From Gammaproteobacteria bacterium (GTDB taxonomy: Bacteria; Pseudomonadota; Gammaproteobacteria; Arenicellales; Poriferihabitantaceae), in NCBI GenBank assembly GCA_028817405.1, contig JAPPPS010000105.1, positions 6,757 through 70,756 on the forward strand: DNA of 64,000 nt, in the 5' to 3' direction. How positions within the stretch are numbered: the stretch's first letter is position 1; every line of letters starts with the position of its first letter. The notes under the pieces are model-generated. The model was not told where the DNA came from and did no database searches. It saw nothing but the letters and a program-made list of their open reading frames with translations. Below, piece after piece: positions 48,478 through 57,199 of the stretch. The position numbers and the translations under genes are program-made.

Positions 48478-48965
48478 AAAAAACCGCCGTTTATCCCGGC
48501 ACCTTCGACCCGGTCACCAACGGCCACAGCGACTTGGTGTTCCGCGCCGCGCGCATGTTCGACCGCATCATTCTCGCGGTCGCCGACAACCCGGAAAAGC
48601 AGCCGCTGTTCTCGTTGGACGAGCGCATCGAGTTGGCGGCCAAGGCGCTGCACGGCGCGGCCAATGTCGAGGTGGTGGGCTTCTCCGGCTTGCTCACCGA
48701 CTTCGCCCGGCAGCGCGGCGCCGCGGTCATTCTGCGCGGACTGCGCGCGGTGTCCGACTTCGAATACGAGTTCCAATTGGCGTCCATGAACCGCCGCCTG
48801 CAGCCGCAGTTGGAGACCGTATTCCTCGCCCCGGCCGAGCAATACACCTTCGTCTCCGCGTCCCTGGTCAAAGAAATCGCCCGCCACGCCGGCGATGTCA
48901 GCGCCTTCGTCCACCCCGACACCCTGCGCGCATTAAGCAAAAAATTCAGCCACGCCGGCGGCTGA
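48474..48965 (+). CDS. coaD: phosphopantetheine adenylyltransferase
   Basis: '[18 protein letters not shown]'. ATGA overlap with the rsmD stop. Confidence 0.96.
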   Translation: MKKTAVYPGTFDPVTNGHSDLVFRAARMFDRIILAVADNPEKQPLFSLDERIELAAKALHGAANVEVVGFSGLLTDFARQRGAAVILRGLRAVSDFEYEFQLASMNRRLQPQLETVFLAPAEQYTFVSASLVKEIARHAGDVSAFVHPDTLRALSKKFSHAGG

Positions 48966-48991
48966 CTGAACGCAAAAGACAGACAACACAA

Positions 48992-49103
48992 CAGCCGGAG
49001 TCCAGAGTTTTTTTACTTCTGGCCGGGCCAATTAAAGCCAAAGCCTGCCCGCCCACGAGCGGGGACTCTGGATGCCCGCTCAACAGACTGCGAGCGTGAC
49101 GGC
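48992..49103 (+). repeat. REP/MITE-like palindromic element, long form (about 110 bp)
   Basis: Terminal arms ggagtccagagt (48997-49008) and actctggatgcc (49065-49076), with an internal cccgc/gcggg stem. The 3' module cccgctcaacagactgcgagcgTGACGG has a loop matching 8/10 with the loop of the CCCCCGC...GCGGGGG element. Confidence 0.6.
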
Positions 49104-49114
49104 GCGTAGCGTGG

Positions 49115-50671
49115 TTACCGCATCCAGTCGGCGGCGCGTTTGACGGCTTGGGTGAAGCGGGCGGTGTGGCCGGTCAAATCTTCGGTCGGTTCGTAGATGT
49201 GGTCGGCGGTTGCGTTGGGCGGCATGGCCACCGCCAATTCCCCGTCGCCGCCGGTCGCCAGGTCGCGGCCGTGCGCCGCCAATTGCGCTGCGCCTAATGC
49301 GGTCAGTTCGGCGAAGTTGCGCGCCACGATGCGGCGCGCCAACACATTGGCGAGGAATTGGCAGAAATAGCGGTTGGCGGACACGCCGCCGTCGATGGAT
49401 AGGGCGTCGGTCAACGACGCGCCGCCGGCCCCATCAGCCCCACCGGCCCCGGCGGCCGCGGCAATTCCATCGGCCCCAGTCGCGCCGGCAATTCCACCGG
49501 CCCCGACCACCCCCGCCATCGCGTTGATGACTTCCGCGGTGCGGAAGGCGATGCCTTCGAGCAGCGCTTGCATGAGGTCGGGCGCGCGCGTGTCCAGCGA
49601 CAGGCCGAGCCACATGCCGCGGGCGCGCGCGTCCCAGTGCGGGCAGGCGAGGCCGGTCAGCGCCGGCACGAACACCAAGTCGCGGGCAATCGCCGGTGGG
49701 CGCGTGAAGGCATCGATGTCGGCGAATGACTTGAACAAGCCCAATTCCCGCGCCCAATTGACCGCCGCGCCGGCGCAATGCACGCCGCCTTCCAGCGCGT
49801 AGATTGGCGCGCGCCCAGCCAACTGCCAGGCCACGGTCGGCGTTAGCCCGCACAGCGGCGCGACCGCTGGCGCGGGGCCGCTGACCGCCAACGCAAAAGC
49901 GCCGGTGCCGAAGGTGATTTTGGTGTCGCCGGGGGCGCGGCAGCCGTGGCCGACCAACGACGCTTGCTGGTCGACCACGGACGCGGTCACCGGTATTTTT
50001 CGCCGGCCCCGGCCCGGCCCGCCGCCTGGCGCGACCGCGCCGAAATCGCCGGTGGTGGCGGTGATTTCCGGCAGCGCCTGCAGCGGCACGCCGAACAATT
50101 CGCACAAATCGGTGTCCCACTTGCCGGCGCGCAAATTGAGCAGCGAAGTGCGCGAGGCGGTGCTGAGGTCGGTGACAAAACGCCCGGTCAGGCGGTCGAG
50201 AAAGAACGCGTCGGTGGTGCCGAGGCGGAGTTTGCCGCGGCGGTGCAGGGCTTTCGCTTCCGGCAAGCGCGCCAGCCACGCCAACTTCGATGCCGAAAAA
50301 TACGGGTCCAGCGGCAGGCCCGCGCGCTCGGCAACCAACGCTTCCGCGCCGTCCTGCCGCAGTTGCTCGACCGCCGCGCGGCTACGGTCATCCTGCCAGG
50401 TAATCACCGGCGACACCGGCTGGCCGTTGTCCGCGCTCCACGCCACACAACTCTCGCCTTGGTTGGCGATGCCGAGCGCGGCCGCGCCGACGCAGGCGTC
50501 GATGCAGGCGCGGACATTGCGCAGCAATTCCTCGGCGTCCTGCTCGACCCAGCCGGGCCGCGGGTAAAACTGACGGTGTTCGATGGCGCGGACGATGCGC
50601 GCGCGCCCGCCGCTGACCACCAGCGCGCGGCTGCTGGTGGTGCCTTGGTCGATGGCGGCGACGGCGGGCAT
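49115..50671 (-). CDS. glpK: glycerol kinase (FGGY family)
   Basis: 'VAAIDQGTTSSRALV' and 'GDQQASLVGHGC'-like 'VDQQASLVGHGC'. ATG at 50671. Gly/Ala-rich insert near nt 49430-49520. Confidence 0.88.
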   Translation of the reverse strand: MPAVAAIDQGTTSSRALVVSGGRARIVRAIEHRQFYPRPGWVEQDAEELLRNVRACIDACVGAAALGIANQGESCVAWSADNGQPVSPVITWQDDRSRAAVEQLRQDGAEALVAERAGLPLDPYFSASKLAWLARLPEAKALHRRGKLRLGTTDAFFLDRLTGRFVTDLSTASRTSLLNLRAGKWDTDLCELFGVPLQALPEITATTGDFGAVAPGGGPGRGRRKIPVTASVVDQQASLVGHGCRAPGDTKITFGTGAFALAVSGPAPAVAPLCGLTPTVAWQLAGRAPIYALEGGVHCAGAAVNWARELGLFKSFADIDAFTRPPAIARDLVFVPALTGLACPHWDARARGMWLGLSLDTRAPDLMQALLEGIAFRTAEVINAMAGVVGAGGIAGATGADGIAAAAGAGGADGAGGASLTDALSIDGGVSANRYFCQFLANVLARRIVARNFAELTALGAAQLAAHGRDLATGGDGELAVAMPPNATADHIYEPTEDLTGHTARFTQAVKRAADWMR

Positions 50672-50684
50672 CGGCGACGGCGGT

Positions 50685-51644
50685 TCAGGCGGCCGGCAAC
50701 CGGCCGGCCAAGTCCAACTGTACATGGCGCGCGACCGCAACACCGTCGCGCCAGCACTGGCCGGCGGTTTTCAGCGGCGGGCGGGCGTTGCCGGCGGCGA
50801 AATAGGCCGGGTCCGAGCATCGCCCGAAGCGGTCAACCGCCGGCCCGCCGCCGCGCCGGTCGATTTGGAGATGGCCGCTTTGCGCCAACGCCGACTCCGG
50901 GGTGAACTGGCCGGTGAACAGCACACCGTCGCAGTCCAGCCGCCGGACCGCGCCGGCCGCGTCGGCGACGCATACGCCGGTCACGCGCGCCGCGCCTCGG
51001 ATGTCGAGCAGGCGGGTGCGCCGGTACAACGGTACGCCGAGCATTCTGGGCAGGAGCGCCGCGCCGCGCCAGGCGGTGATGCGCGCGCCGGATTCGATGA
51101 GCGCGACCGGGCGGATGCCGGCGTGCCGGCAGGTGAGAAGCGCCGAGAACGCGACTAATTCGCTGCCGACGATGAGCGGGCGGGTGAAGGGGATTTGCAG
51201 TTGCAGATAGACCAACGCCTGCAGCGCGCCGGTGGTGAGCACGCCCAACGGCCGCGCGCCGGACACCAGCCGCGCGCCGCGCGGGGTCTCGCGCGCGCCG
51301 GTGCAGAGGATGACTCGGTTGGCGCGCAGTTGGGTTGCGCCGGCGGCGGTGGCGACAGTTAAGATGCCGCGGGGCGCGGCCGCGGCGACGGTGGTGCCGG
51401 CGCGGATGTCGACCCCGGCCTGGCGCGCGCGGGATGCCAATTTCGCCGCGTATGTTGGCCCGCGGTGGACGCGCCGCAACTCGCGCATGCCGAACCGTGA
51501 ATGCCCGCAGTGGCGCGGGATGCCGCCGGCCTCGGCCTCGCGCTCCAGCAGCACCACGCCGCGCACGCCGGCGCGCGCCAACGCGGTGGCCGCCGCAAGG
51601 CCGGCCGGCCCGCCGCCGATGACGGCGACGCGGCAGGTTTCCAT
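50685..51644 (-). CDS. NAD(P)/FAD-dependent oxidoreductase (pyridine nucleotide-disulfide oxidoreductase family)
   Basis: 'RVAVIGGGPAGLAAATALARAG' dinucleotide fold directly after the ATG at 51644, plus a second Rossmann-like 'VGSELVAFSA'. Lies between the glpD-like gene and glpK. Confidence 0.75.
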   Translation of the reverse strand: METCRVAVIGGGPAGLAAATALARAGVRGVVLLEREAEAGGIPRHCGHSRFGMRELRRVHRGPTYAAKLASRARQAGVDIRAGTTVAAAAPRGILTVATAAGATQLRANRVILCTGARETPRGARLVSGARPLGVLTTGALQALVYLQLQIPFTRPLIVGSELVAFSALLTCRHAGIRPVALIESGARITAWRGAALLPRMLGVPLYRRTRLLDIRGAARVTGVCVADAAGAVRRLDCDGVLFTGQFTPESALAQSGHLQIDRRGGGPAVDRFGRCSDPAYFAAGNARPPLKTAGQCWRDGVAVARHVQLDLAGRLPAA

Positions 51645-51687
51645 GCGGCCGGGGACGGTGGCCGCGGGAGCGGCCGGCGCGGCGAAA

Positions 51688-53184
51688 TCAACCACGGTCG
51701 GCGGGCCAGGCGAGCGGCGCGGCGAAATGCCCGCGGGTCAATTCAGCCAACGCCGCGGCGCAGTAAAAACCTTGGCATCTCCCCATGCCGGCGCGGGTGC
51801 GGCGTTTCAGCGCGCCGAGACCGGCGGCGCGCAGGGGGCCGTCCAGCGCGCGCAGGATTTCGCGGCGGGTGACCCGTTCGCAGTGGCAGACGATGCCGCC
51901 GTTGCCGGGGGTCTGCCAGTCGCGGGTTTGGTTTTCCGCCAAGGCGCTGGTTTGCGGCCAGGATGGCGGGGGCGGGCGGCCGCGGCCGGCGCGGTCGCGG
52001 TCGCCGCCATCGAAATCAGCGCAGGCATTAAAAACATGCCCGGCGATGCCGAGCGCGGCGCTCAGGCCGGTCGAGCGAATGCCGCCGACGCTGACATAAC
52101 GGCGCGCCGGGTGCGCGGCGATGCGGTAGTCGGCGGATTCGGTGGCCGGGCGGATGCCCGCGTAGGCGGCGGTGACGGCGTGGCTTGCCAACGCCGGCAG
52201 CCGCCGCTCGCCGATGGCGCGCAGTTCGCGCAGCATGGCGGCGGTGGTCGCGGCGTCGTCGCGGCTGTTTTGCGGCTCGGAGGACGGCCCGACCAACACA
52301 TTGCCGAACACCGTGCGGCAGATGATGACGCCCTTGCTCGCCGCGCCCGGCGGCGGGTAGAGCGCCGCGCGCAGCAGGCGGTAGGCGGATTTGTCATAGA
52401 CCAAAAACTGCCCCTTGCGCGGGCGGATGCGGAACGCGGCGCGGCCGAGCAACGCGGCGTCTACGCGGTCGCCGTACAAGCCCGCGCAGTTGATAACGCA
52501 AGCGGCGCGCAACCGGCCGCGGGAGGTGCGCAGCGTCCAGTCGCCGTCGAAGCGTCCGCCGGTCACCGCGCAGTCGCGCAGCAATTTCGCGCCGTTGCCG
52601 AGCGCCTGCAGCAGATAGGCGTGCGGCGCGCTCCACGGGTCGATGACGGCCTCGCCGGGGATGTCGAGCGCGGCCCGGACATCGGCGGCGAGGCGCGGTT
52701 CGCGGGCGCGGACTTGCTTGGCGGTGAGCAGTTTGGCGCCGGCGATGCGGTTGGCGCGCGCGCGTTGCAGCGCCGGGTCGAGGCGCGCCGATTCGTCGCC
52801 GTTCCACGCCAACACCAGCGCGCCGGTTGCCAGCAGCGGCAGGTTGAGGCGGGCGCGGATGCGCAAATATTCTTCGCGCCCGGCGACGATGCAACGGTGC
52901 TCCAGCGAGTCGGGCCGGGCGTCGAAGCCGGTGTGCAAAATCGCGGTGTTGGCTTTACTCGCGCCGTCGAGGATGTCCGCGGCTTTCTCGACGCACAACA
53001 CCTTCGCGCCTTCCAACGCAAACCGCCGCGTCACCGCGCAACCGACCACGCCGGCGCCGATGACGATGACATCGAATGCCTCGGATGACGGCGCGGCCGG
53101 CGCATCGGACGGTGAAGCGGCGGCCGATGGCGCAACAAACGCCGGCGCGGCCGGCGGCGGTGAATGAGAATCGCGAGTTGGCAT
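51688..53184 (-). CDS. FAD-dependent glycerol-3-phosphate dehydrogenase/oxidase-like enzyme with a C-terminal BFD-like [2Fe-2S] domain
   Basis: 'DVIVIGAGVVGCAVTRRFALEG' and 'ASKANTAILHTGFD'. C-terminal 'CHCERVTRREI...GMGRCQGFYC'. Confidence 0.8.
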   Translation of the reverse strand: MPTRDSHSPPPAAPAFVAPSAAASPSDAPAAPSSEAFDVIVIGAGVVGCAVTRRFALEGAKVLCVEKAADILDGASKANTAILHTGFDARPDSLEHRCIVAGREEYLRIRARLNLPLLATGALVLAWNGDESARLDPALQRARANRIAGAKLLTAKQVRAREPRLAADVRAALDIPGEAVIDPWSAPHAYLLQALGNGAKLLRDCAVTGGRFDGDWTLRTSRGRLRAACVINCAGLYGDRVDAALLGRAAFRIRPRKGQFLVYDKSAYRLLRAALYPPPGAASKGVIICRTVFGNVLVGPSSEPQNSRDDAATTAAMLRELRAIGERRLPALASHAVTAAYAGIRPATESADYRIAAHPARRYVSVGGIRSTGLSAALGIAGHVFNACADFDGGDRDRAGRGRPPPPSWPQTSALAENQTRDWQTPGNGGIVCHCERVTRREILRALDGPLRAAGLGALKRRTRAGMGRCQGFYCAAALAELTRGHFAAPLAWPADRG

Positions 53185-53336
53185 GGCGCGGGCGGGCGCA
53201 TGAAGTGCGGCGGCGTTTGCGATGATAGCATTTAGGGTATATTCGCGGCGTAGATTTTGTTGTTCTGCCGTTTTACATTTTGCCGCCGCCGAATTCACCG
53301 CGCGCCGCGCGCATCGACGCCGGCCGGAATCATCGC

Positions 53337-53873
53337 ATGCCCAAGTTCATCCGCGTTTATGTCAAGACCGTCGATGCCGCGTCGACTGCAGTCGGGCGGC
53401 TGGCGATGCTGGCGATATTTTTGATGATTGGCACGCTGCTGCTCGGCGCCGTCACGCGCAACATACTTAACCTGCCGCTGTCGTGGACGGTGGAGATGGC
53501 GCAGTTCACCATGACCGCTTACTACATCGTCGGCGGCGCGTATTCCATGCAACTGAACAGCCATGTGCGCATGGACTTGTTCTACGACCGGTTGTCGGAC
53601 AAAACCAAAGCGCGGTTGGACAGTTTCACCAGCGTGTTCCTGGTCGTTTATTTGGTCTGCCTGCTCATCGGTTCGATTTCCAGCACGCTGTACGCGATTG
53701 AATACGGCCAGCGCAAGTTCTCGCAGTGGAATCCGTCGCTGGTGCCGATTAAAGTGATGATGGTCGCGGGCATCGTGTTGATGCTGCTGCAGGCGGTGTC
53801 CACGATGTTCAAGGACTACGCCAAATCCAAAGGCGTCGATTTGCAACAAGACAACGACAACGCGCGCGCATGA
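53337..53873 (+). CDS. TRAP transporter small permease (DctQ-like)
   Basis: 178 aa with 4 TM helices. ATGA overlap with the following DctM gene. ATG at 53337. Confidence 0.8.
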   Translation: MPKFIRVYVKTVDAASTAVGRLAMLAIFLMIGTLLLGAVTRNILNLPLSWTVEMAQFTMTAYYIVGGAYSMQLNSHVRMDLFYDRLSDKTKARLDSFTSVFLVVYLVCLLIGSISSTLYAIEYGQRKFSQWNPSLVPIKVMMVAGIVLMLLQAVSTMFKDYAKSKGVDLQQDNDNARA

Positions 53874-55195
53874 GTTACGAAGCCATCGCCATCTTGATGT
53901 TCGCGTCGATGCTGCTGTTGCTGCTGACCGGGCAGCGCGTGTTCGCCGCCATCGGTTTTGTGTCCGCGGCCGCGGCGCTGTTGTTGTACGGCGAAGGCGC
54001 GGTGGAGATGCCGTTCAACGCCGCGTTCAAACTGTTCAACTGGTATCCGGTGCTGACCCTGCCGCTGTTTATTTACATGGGTTACATCCTGTCCGAGTCC
54101 GGCATCGCCAACGATTTATACCGCATGTTTCATGTGTGGTTCGGCGGACTCAAAGGCGGCTTGGCGGTCGGCACCATCGGATTGATGGTGGTCATCTCGG
54201 CGATGAACGGTTTGAGCGTCGCCGGCATGGCCATCGGCGCCACCATCGCGCTGCCGGAAATGCTGCGGCGCGGTTATGACAAGGTGATGATTACCGGCGT
54301 GGTGCAGGCCGGCAGTTCGCTGGGGATTCTGGTGCCGCCCAGCGTGGTGCTGGTTTTATACGGCATGATTGCGCGCCAGCCGGTCGGCCAACTGTGGCTG
54401 GCCGGCGCGCTGCCCGGTTTGATGATGGCGCTGCTGTTCATCATTTATATCGTGGTGCGATGCAAAGCGCAGCCGCATCTCGGACCCACGGTGGCGCGCG
54501 AAGAATTAACCATGCCGCTCGGCGAGAAACTGAAACTGCTGCGCGCCGGCATCATTCCGTTTTTGATTTTCTTCTTCATGACCGGCTTGTTCGTCATGGG
54601 CATCACCAGTTTGGTCGAGAGTTCCGCGGTCGGCGCCACCGCGGCCACGCTCGCGGCGCTGGCGAAGCGCCGGCTGACGCGCAAAGTCATGGAAGAGACC
54701 ATGCGCAAGACGCTCGGCATCTCGTGCATGTTCATGTGGATTATCCTCGCCGCGCTGTGTTTCGGCGCGGTGTTCGACGGCATCGGCGCGGTGCGCGCGA
54801 TTGAGTCGCTGTTCATCACCAAGTGGGATTTGAGTCCGTGGGAAGTGCTGATTATGATGCAGTTGTCGTATCTGTTCATGGGCATGTTCCTTGACGACAC
54901 CGCGATGTTGGTCATCGTCGCGCCGTTGTATGTGCCGCTGGTGATTACGCTCGGATTCGACCCGATTTGGTACGGCGTGTTGTATACCATCACCTGCCAA
55001 ATCGCGTATATGACGCCGCCGTTCGGCTATAATCTGTTCTTGATGCGCGCGATGGCGCCGAAGGAAATTCAGTTGGCGGACATCTACCGCTCGATTATAC
55101 CGTTCGTGTTGGTCATGGTATGCGCGCTGATTTTGGTCATGGCGTTCCCGCCCATCGCGTTGTGGTTGCCGGAGTTGGTTTACAGCAAAGGTTGA
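53870..55195 (+). CDS. TRAP transporter large permease (DctM family)
   Basis: 441 aa, polytopic, with typical DctM segments 'GLSVAGMAIGATIALPEM' and 'VIVAPLYVP'. Confidence 0.9.
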   Translation: MSYEAIAILMFASMLLLLLTGQRVFAAIGFVSAAAALLLYGEGAVEMPFNAAFKLFNWYPVLTLPLFIYMGYILSESGIANDLYRMFHVWFGGLKGGLAVGTIGLMVVISAMNGLSVAGMAIGATIALPEMLRRGYDKVMITGVVQAGSSLGILVPPSVVLVLYGMIARQPVGQLWLAGALPGLMMALLFIIYIVVRCKAQPHLGPTVAREELTMPLGEKLKLLRAGIIPFLIFFFMTGLFVMGITSLVESSAVGATAATLAALAKRRLTRKVMEETMRKTLGISCMFMWIILAALCFGAVFDGIGAVRAIESLFITKWDLSPWEVLIMMQLSYLFMGMFLDDTAMLVIVAPLYVPLVITLGFDPIWYGVLYTITCQIAYMTPPFGYNLFLMRAMAPKEIQLADIYRSIIPFVLVMVCALILVMAFPPIALWLPELVYSKG

Positions 55196-55200
55196 ACGCC

Positions 55201-55262
55201 GTCACCGTCACTTTCACCGTCACCGTCACTTTCACCGTCGCCGTCGCCGCCATCATCGTCAT
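55201..55262 (+). repeat. intergenic GTCACC-type array between the TRAP permease and binding-protein genes
   Basis: gtcaccgtcactttcacc (18 bp) occurs at 55201-55218 and 55219-55236. A degenerate gtcgccgtcgccgccatcatcgtcatc follows. Confidence 0.9.
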
Positions 55263-55304
55263 CGAACAGTTCAACTTTGTCTCACCATTCACCGGAGAAT
55301 CGTC

Positions 55305-56384
55305 ATGAAACCCAATCGAAGCAACGCCGATGCGGTCGCAAACCAGCGCCGCGACTTCATCAAAAAAGCCGGCGCCGGCAGCGCCGGCATCCTCGCGGCC
55401 GCGACCGCGCCGTACGCGTATTCCGCGACCAATCCCATCCGATGGCGGCTGCAAACTTACTCCGGCGCGCCGCTCGGCGCGCATGTCATCAAGCCGCAAA
55501 TCGAGGCCTTCAACCGCGCCGCGCACGGTCAGATGGAAATCGATTTGTACTACGCCGACCAATTGGTGCCGACCGATGAGTTGTTCCGCGCCATGCAAAA
55601 CGGCACCATCGATGCGGTGCAGAGCGACGATGCGACCATGGCGTCGCCGGTCGACATCAATGTGTTCGGCGGCTACTTTCCGTTCTCGACCCGATACAGC
55701 CTCGACCTGCCGGTGCTGTTCAAGTATTACGGCATGGACGAAATCTGGGCCGAAGCGTACGGCGAAGTCAGGGGCGTGGAATGGTTGGGCGCCGGCGCCT
55801 GGGACCCGTGTCACATCTTCACCAAGAAACCCATTCGCAGCATCAAAGACATGAGCGGCAAGCGCGTGTTCGGCGTGCCGACCGCCGGGCGGTTCTTGTC
55901 GCGGTACGGTTTGGTACCGGTGACGCTGCCGTGGGATGATGTCGAAGTCGCGCTGCAAACCGGCGAGTTGGACGGCGTCGCGTGGTGCGGATTCACCGAA
56001 GCGTACGAAGTCGGCTGGGCCGATGTATGCGACTACGCGCTTCTCAACAATGTCACCGGCGCATGGTGCGGTTCGTATTTCGCCAACACCCGCAGTTGGG
56101 AGGCGGTGCCGCCGCACTTGCAGGAGTTGTTCAAGTTGTCGATGGACAGTTCGCACTACTACCGCCAAGTGTGGTATTGGGGCGGCGAAGCCAAACTGCG
56201 CGCCGAGGGCAAGAAGATGGAACTGACCACGATTCCCGCCAACGAGTGGGAGCAAGTGGTCAAGGACGCGGAAGCGTTCTGGGATGAAATCGCCTCCATC
56301 AGCCCGCGCGCGGCCCGCGTGGTGCAGATTTTTAAGGACTACACCGCGGTGATGGAACAAGTCGGCGTGCCGTATCGATATTGA
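55305..56384 (+). CDS. TRAP transporter substrate-binding protein with a Tat signal
   Basis: 'RRDFIKKAGAGSAGILAAATAPYAYS' twin-arginine signal. DctP-type fold adjacent to the Q and M genes. Confidence 0.85.
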   Translation: MKPNRSNADAVANQRRDFIKKAGAGSAGILAAATAPYAYSATNPIRWRLQTYSGAPLGAHVIKPQIEAFNRAAHGQMEIDLYYADQLVPTDELFRAMQNGTIDAVQSDDATMASPVDINVFGGYFPFSTRYSLDLPVLFKYYGMDEIWAEAYGEVRGVEWLGAGAWDPCHIFTKKPIRSIKDMSGKRVFGVPTAGRFLSRYGLVPVTLPWDDVEVALQTGELDGVAWCGFTEAYEVGWADVCDYALLNNVTGAWCGSYFANTRSWEAVPPHLQELFKLSMDSSHYYRQVWYWGGEAKLRAEGKKMELTTIPANEWEQVVKDAEAFWDEIASISPRAARVVQIFKDYTAVMEQVGVPYRY

Positions 56385-56415
56385 CGGTGGTTATGGCGCG
56401 CGGCACACCGCGGTT

Positions 56416-57171
56416 TTACAACCGTCGCAGTCGGTACACTTTTTCGTTCAACGAATCCAGGCCGCGGTCGGCGAGGTTGCCGACGATGTCGGGGCCGGAT
56501 GACTGGGTGATGATGTCGATGGCGAAGTCGGCGGCGAACAACCGTCGCACTTCCGCTTCCGGCACCGAGAACGGGGGGCCTTTCATTTGGCGCTCATCGT
56601 AGTCCATGCTGATGAGAAAGACTTGCGCGCGCGGTTGCAGCAGCGCGGCGAGATGCGCGGCGTAGTCGCCGCGCATCGGTTGCGGCAGCGCAATCAACGC
56701 GGCGCGGTCGTAAACCAAGCGCGCGCGCTCCAAGTCGCCGGGTCGCAAGTCAAACCAATCGCCGCACCATAACTCGATGTCGATGCCGGTGCTTTCGATG
56801 TTGCCGTCACCGTCGTCACCGTCGCCCCCGCTTAACAGAACGCGGGGGTGACGGGGATGAGTGTCGTCGCCACCGTCGCCAACATAACGCGCAAACCGCG
56901 CACCGTCGATAACTTCATAACGCAACCCGTTCTCGGCGAAGAAGTCGCGGCAGGCGACGGCGCTGACTTCCACGCCGATGACATGGTGGCCGGCACGCGC
57001 CAACCACAGCAGGTCCAGCGACTTGCCGCATAACGGCGCCAACACCGTCGCGCCTGGTTCCGCCTCCGCCGCAAACGCGCGCCAGAATTTCTTCAGCCGC
57101 GAGTTAACCTTGACTTGATGAAACCCCAGCCGCCGCTCGGCCCACCGTTGATGCCAGAAGTCGATGTCCAT
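56416..57171 (-). CDS. tpm: thiopurine S-methyltransferase (Tpm) carrying an in-frame palindromic-element insert
   Basis: 'FWHQRWAERRLGFHQ', 'VLAPLCGKSLDLLWLARAGHHVIGVEVS'. Insert 'DDTHPRHPRVLLSGGDGDDGDG'. Confidence 0.88.
   Translation of the reverse strand: MDIDFWHQRWAERRLGFHQVKVNSRLKKFWRAFAAEAEPGATVLAPLCGKSLDLLWLARAGHHVIGVEVSAVACRDFFAENGLRYEVIDGARFARYVGDGGDDTHPRHPRVLLSGGDGDDGDGNIESTGIDIELWCGDWFDLRPGDLERARLVYDRAALIALPQPMRGDYAAHLAALLQPRAQVFLISMDYDERQMKGPPFSVPEAEVRRLFAADFAIDIITQSSGPDIVGNLADRGLDSLNEKVYRLRRL
56801..56880 (+). repeat. palindromic element copy (cccccgcttaacagaacgcggggg-TGACGGGGA) with a flanking GTCACC array, inside tpm
   Basis: Hairpin at 56825-56848 with the same 7-bp stems as the 34999 copy; the loop differs at 3 positions. 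Preceded by gtcaccgtcgtcaccgtcg. Confidence 0.9.
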
Positions 57172-57199
57172 GCGATTACGTCGCTGCGGCGGCGATAAC

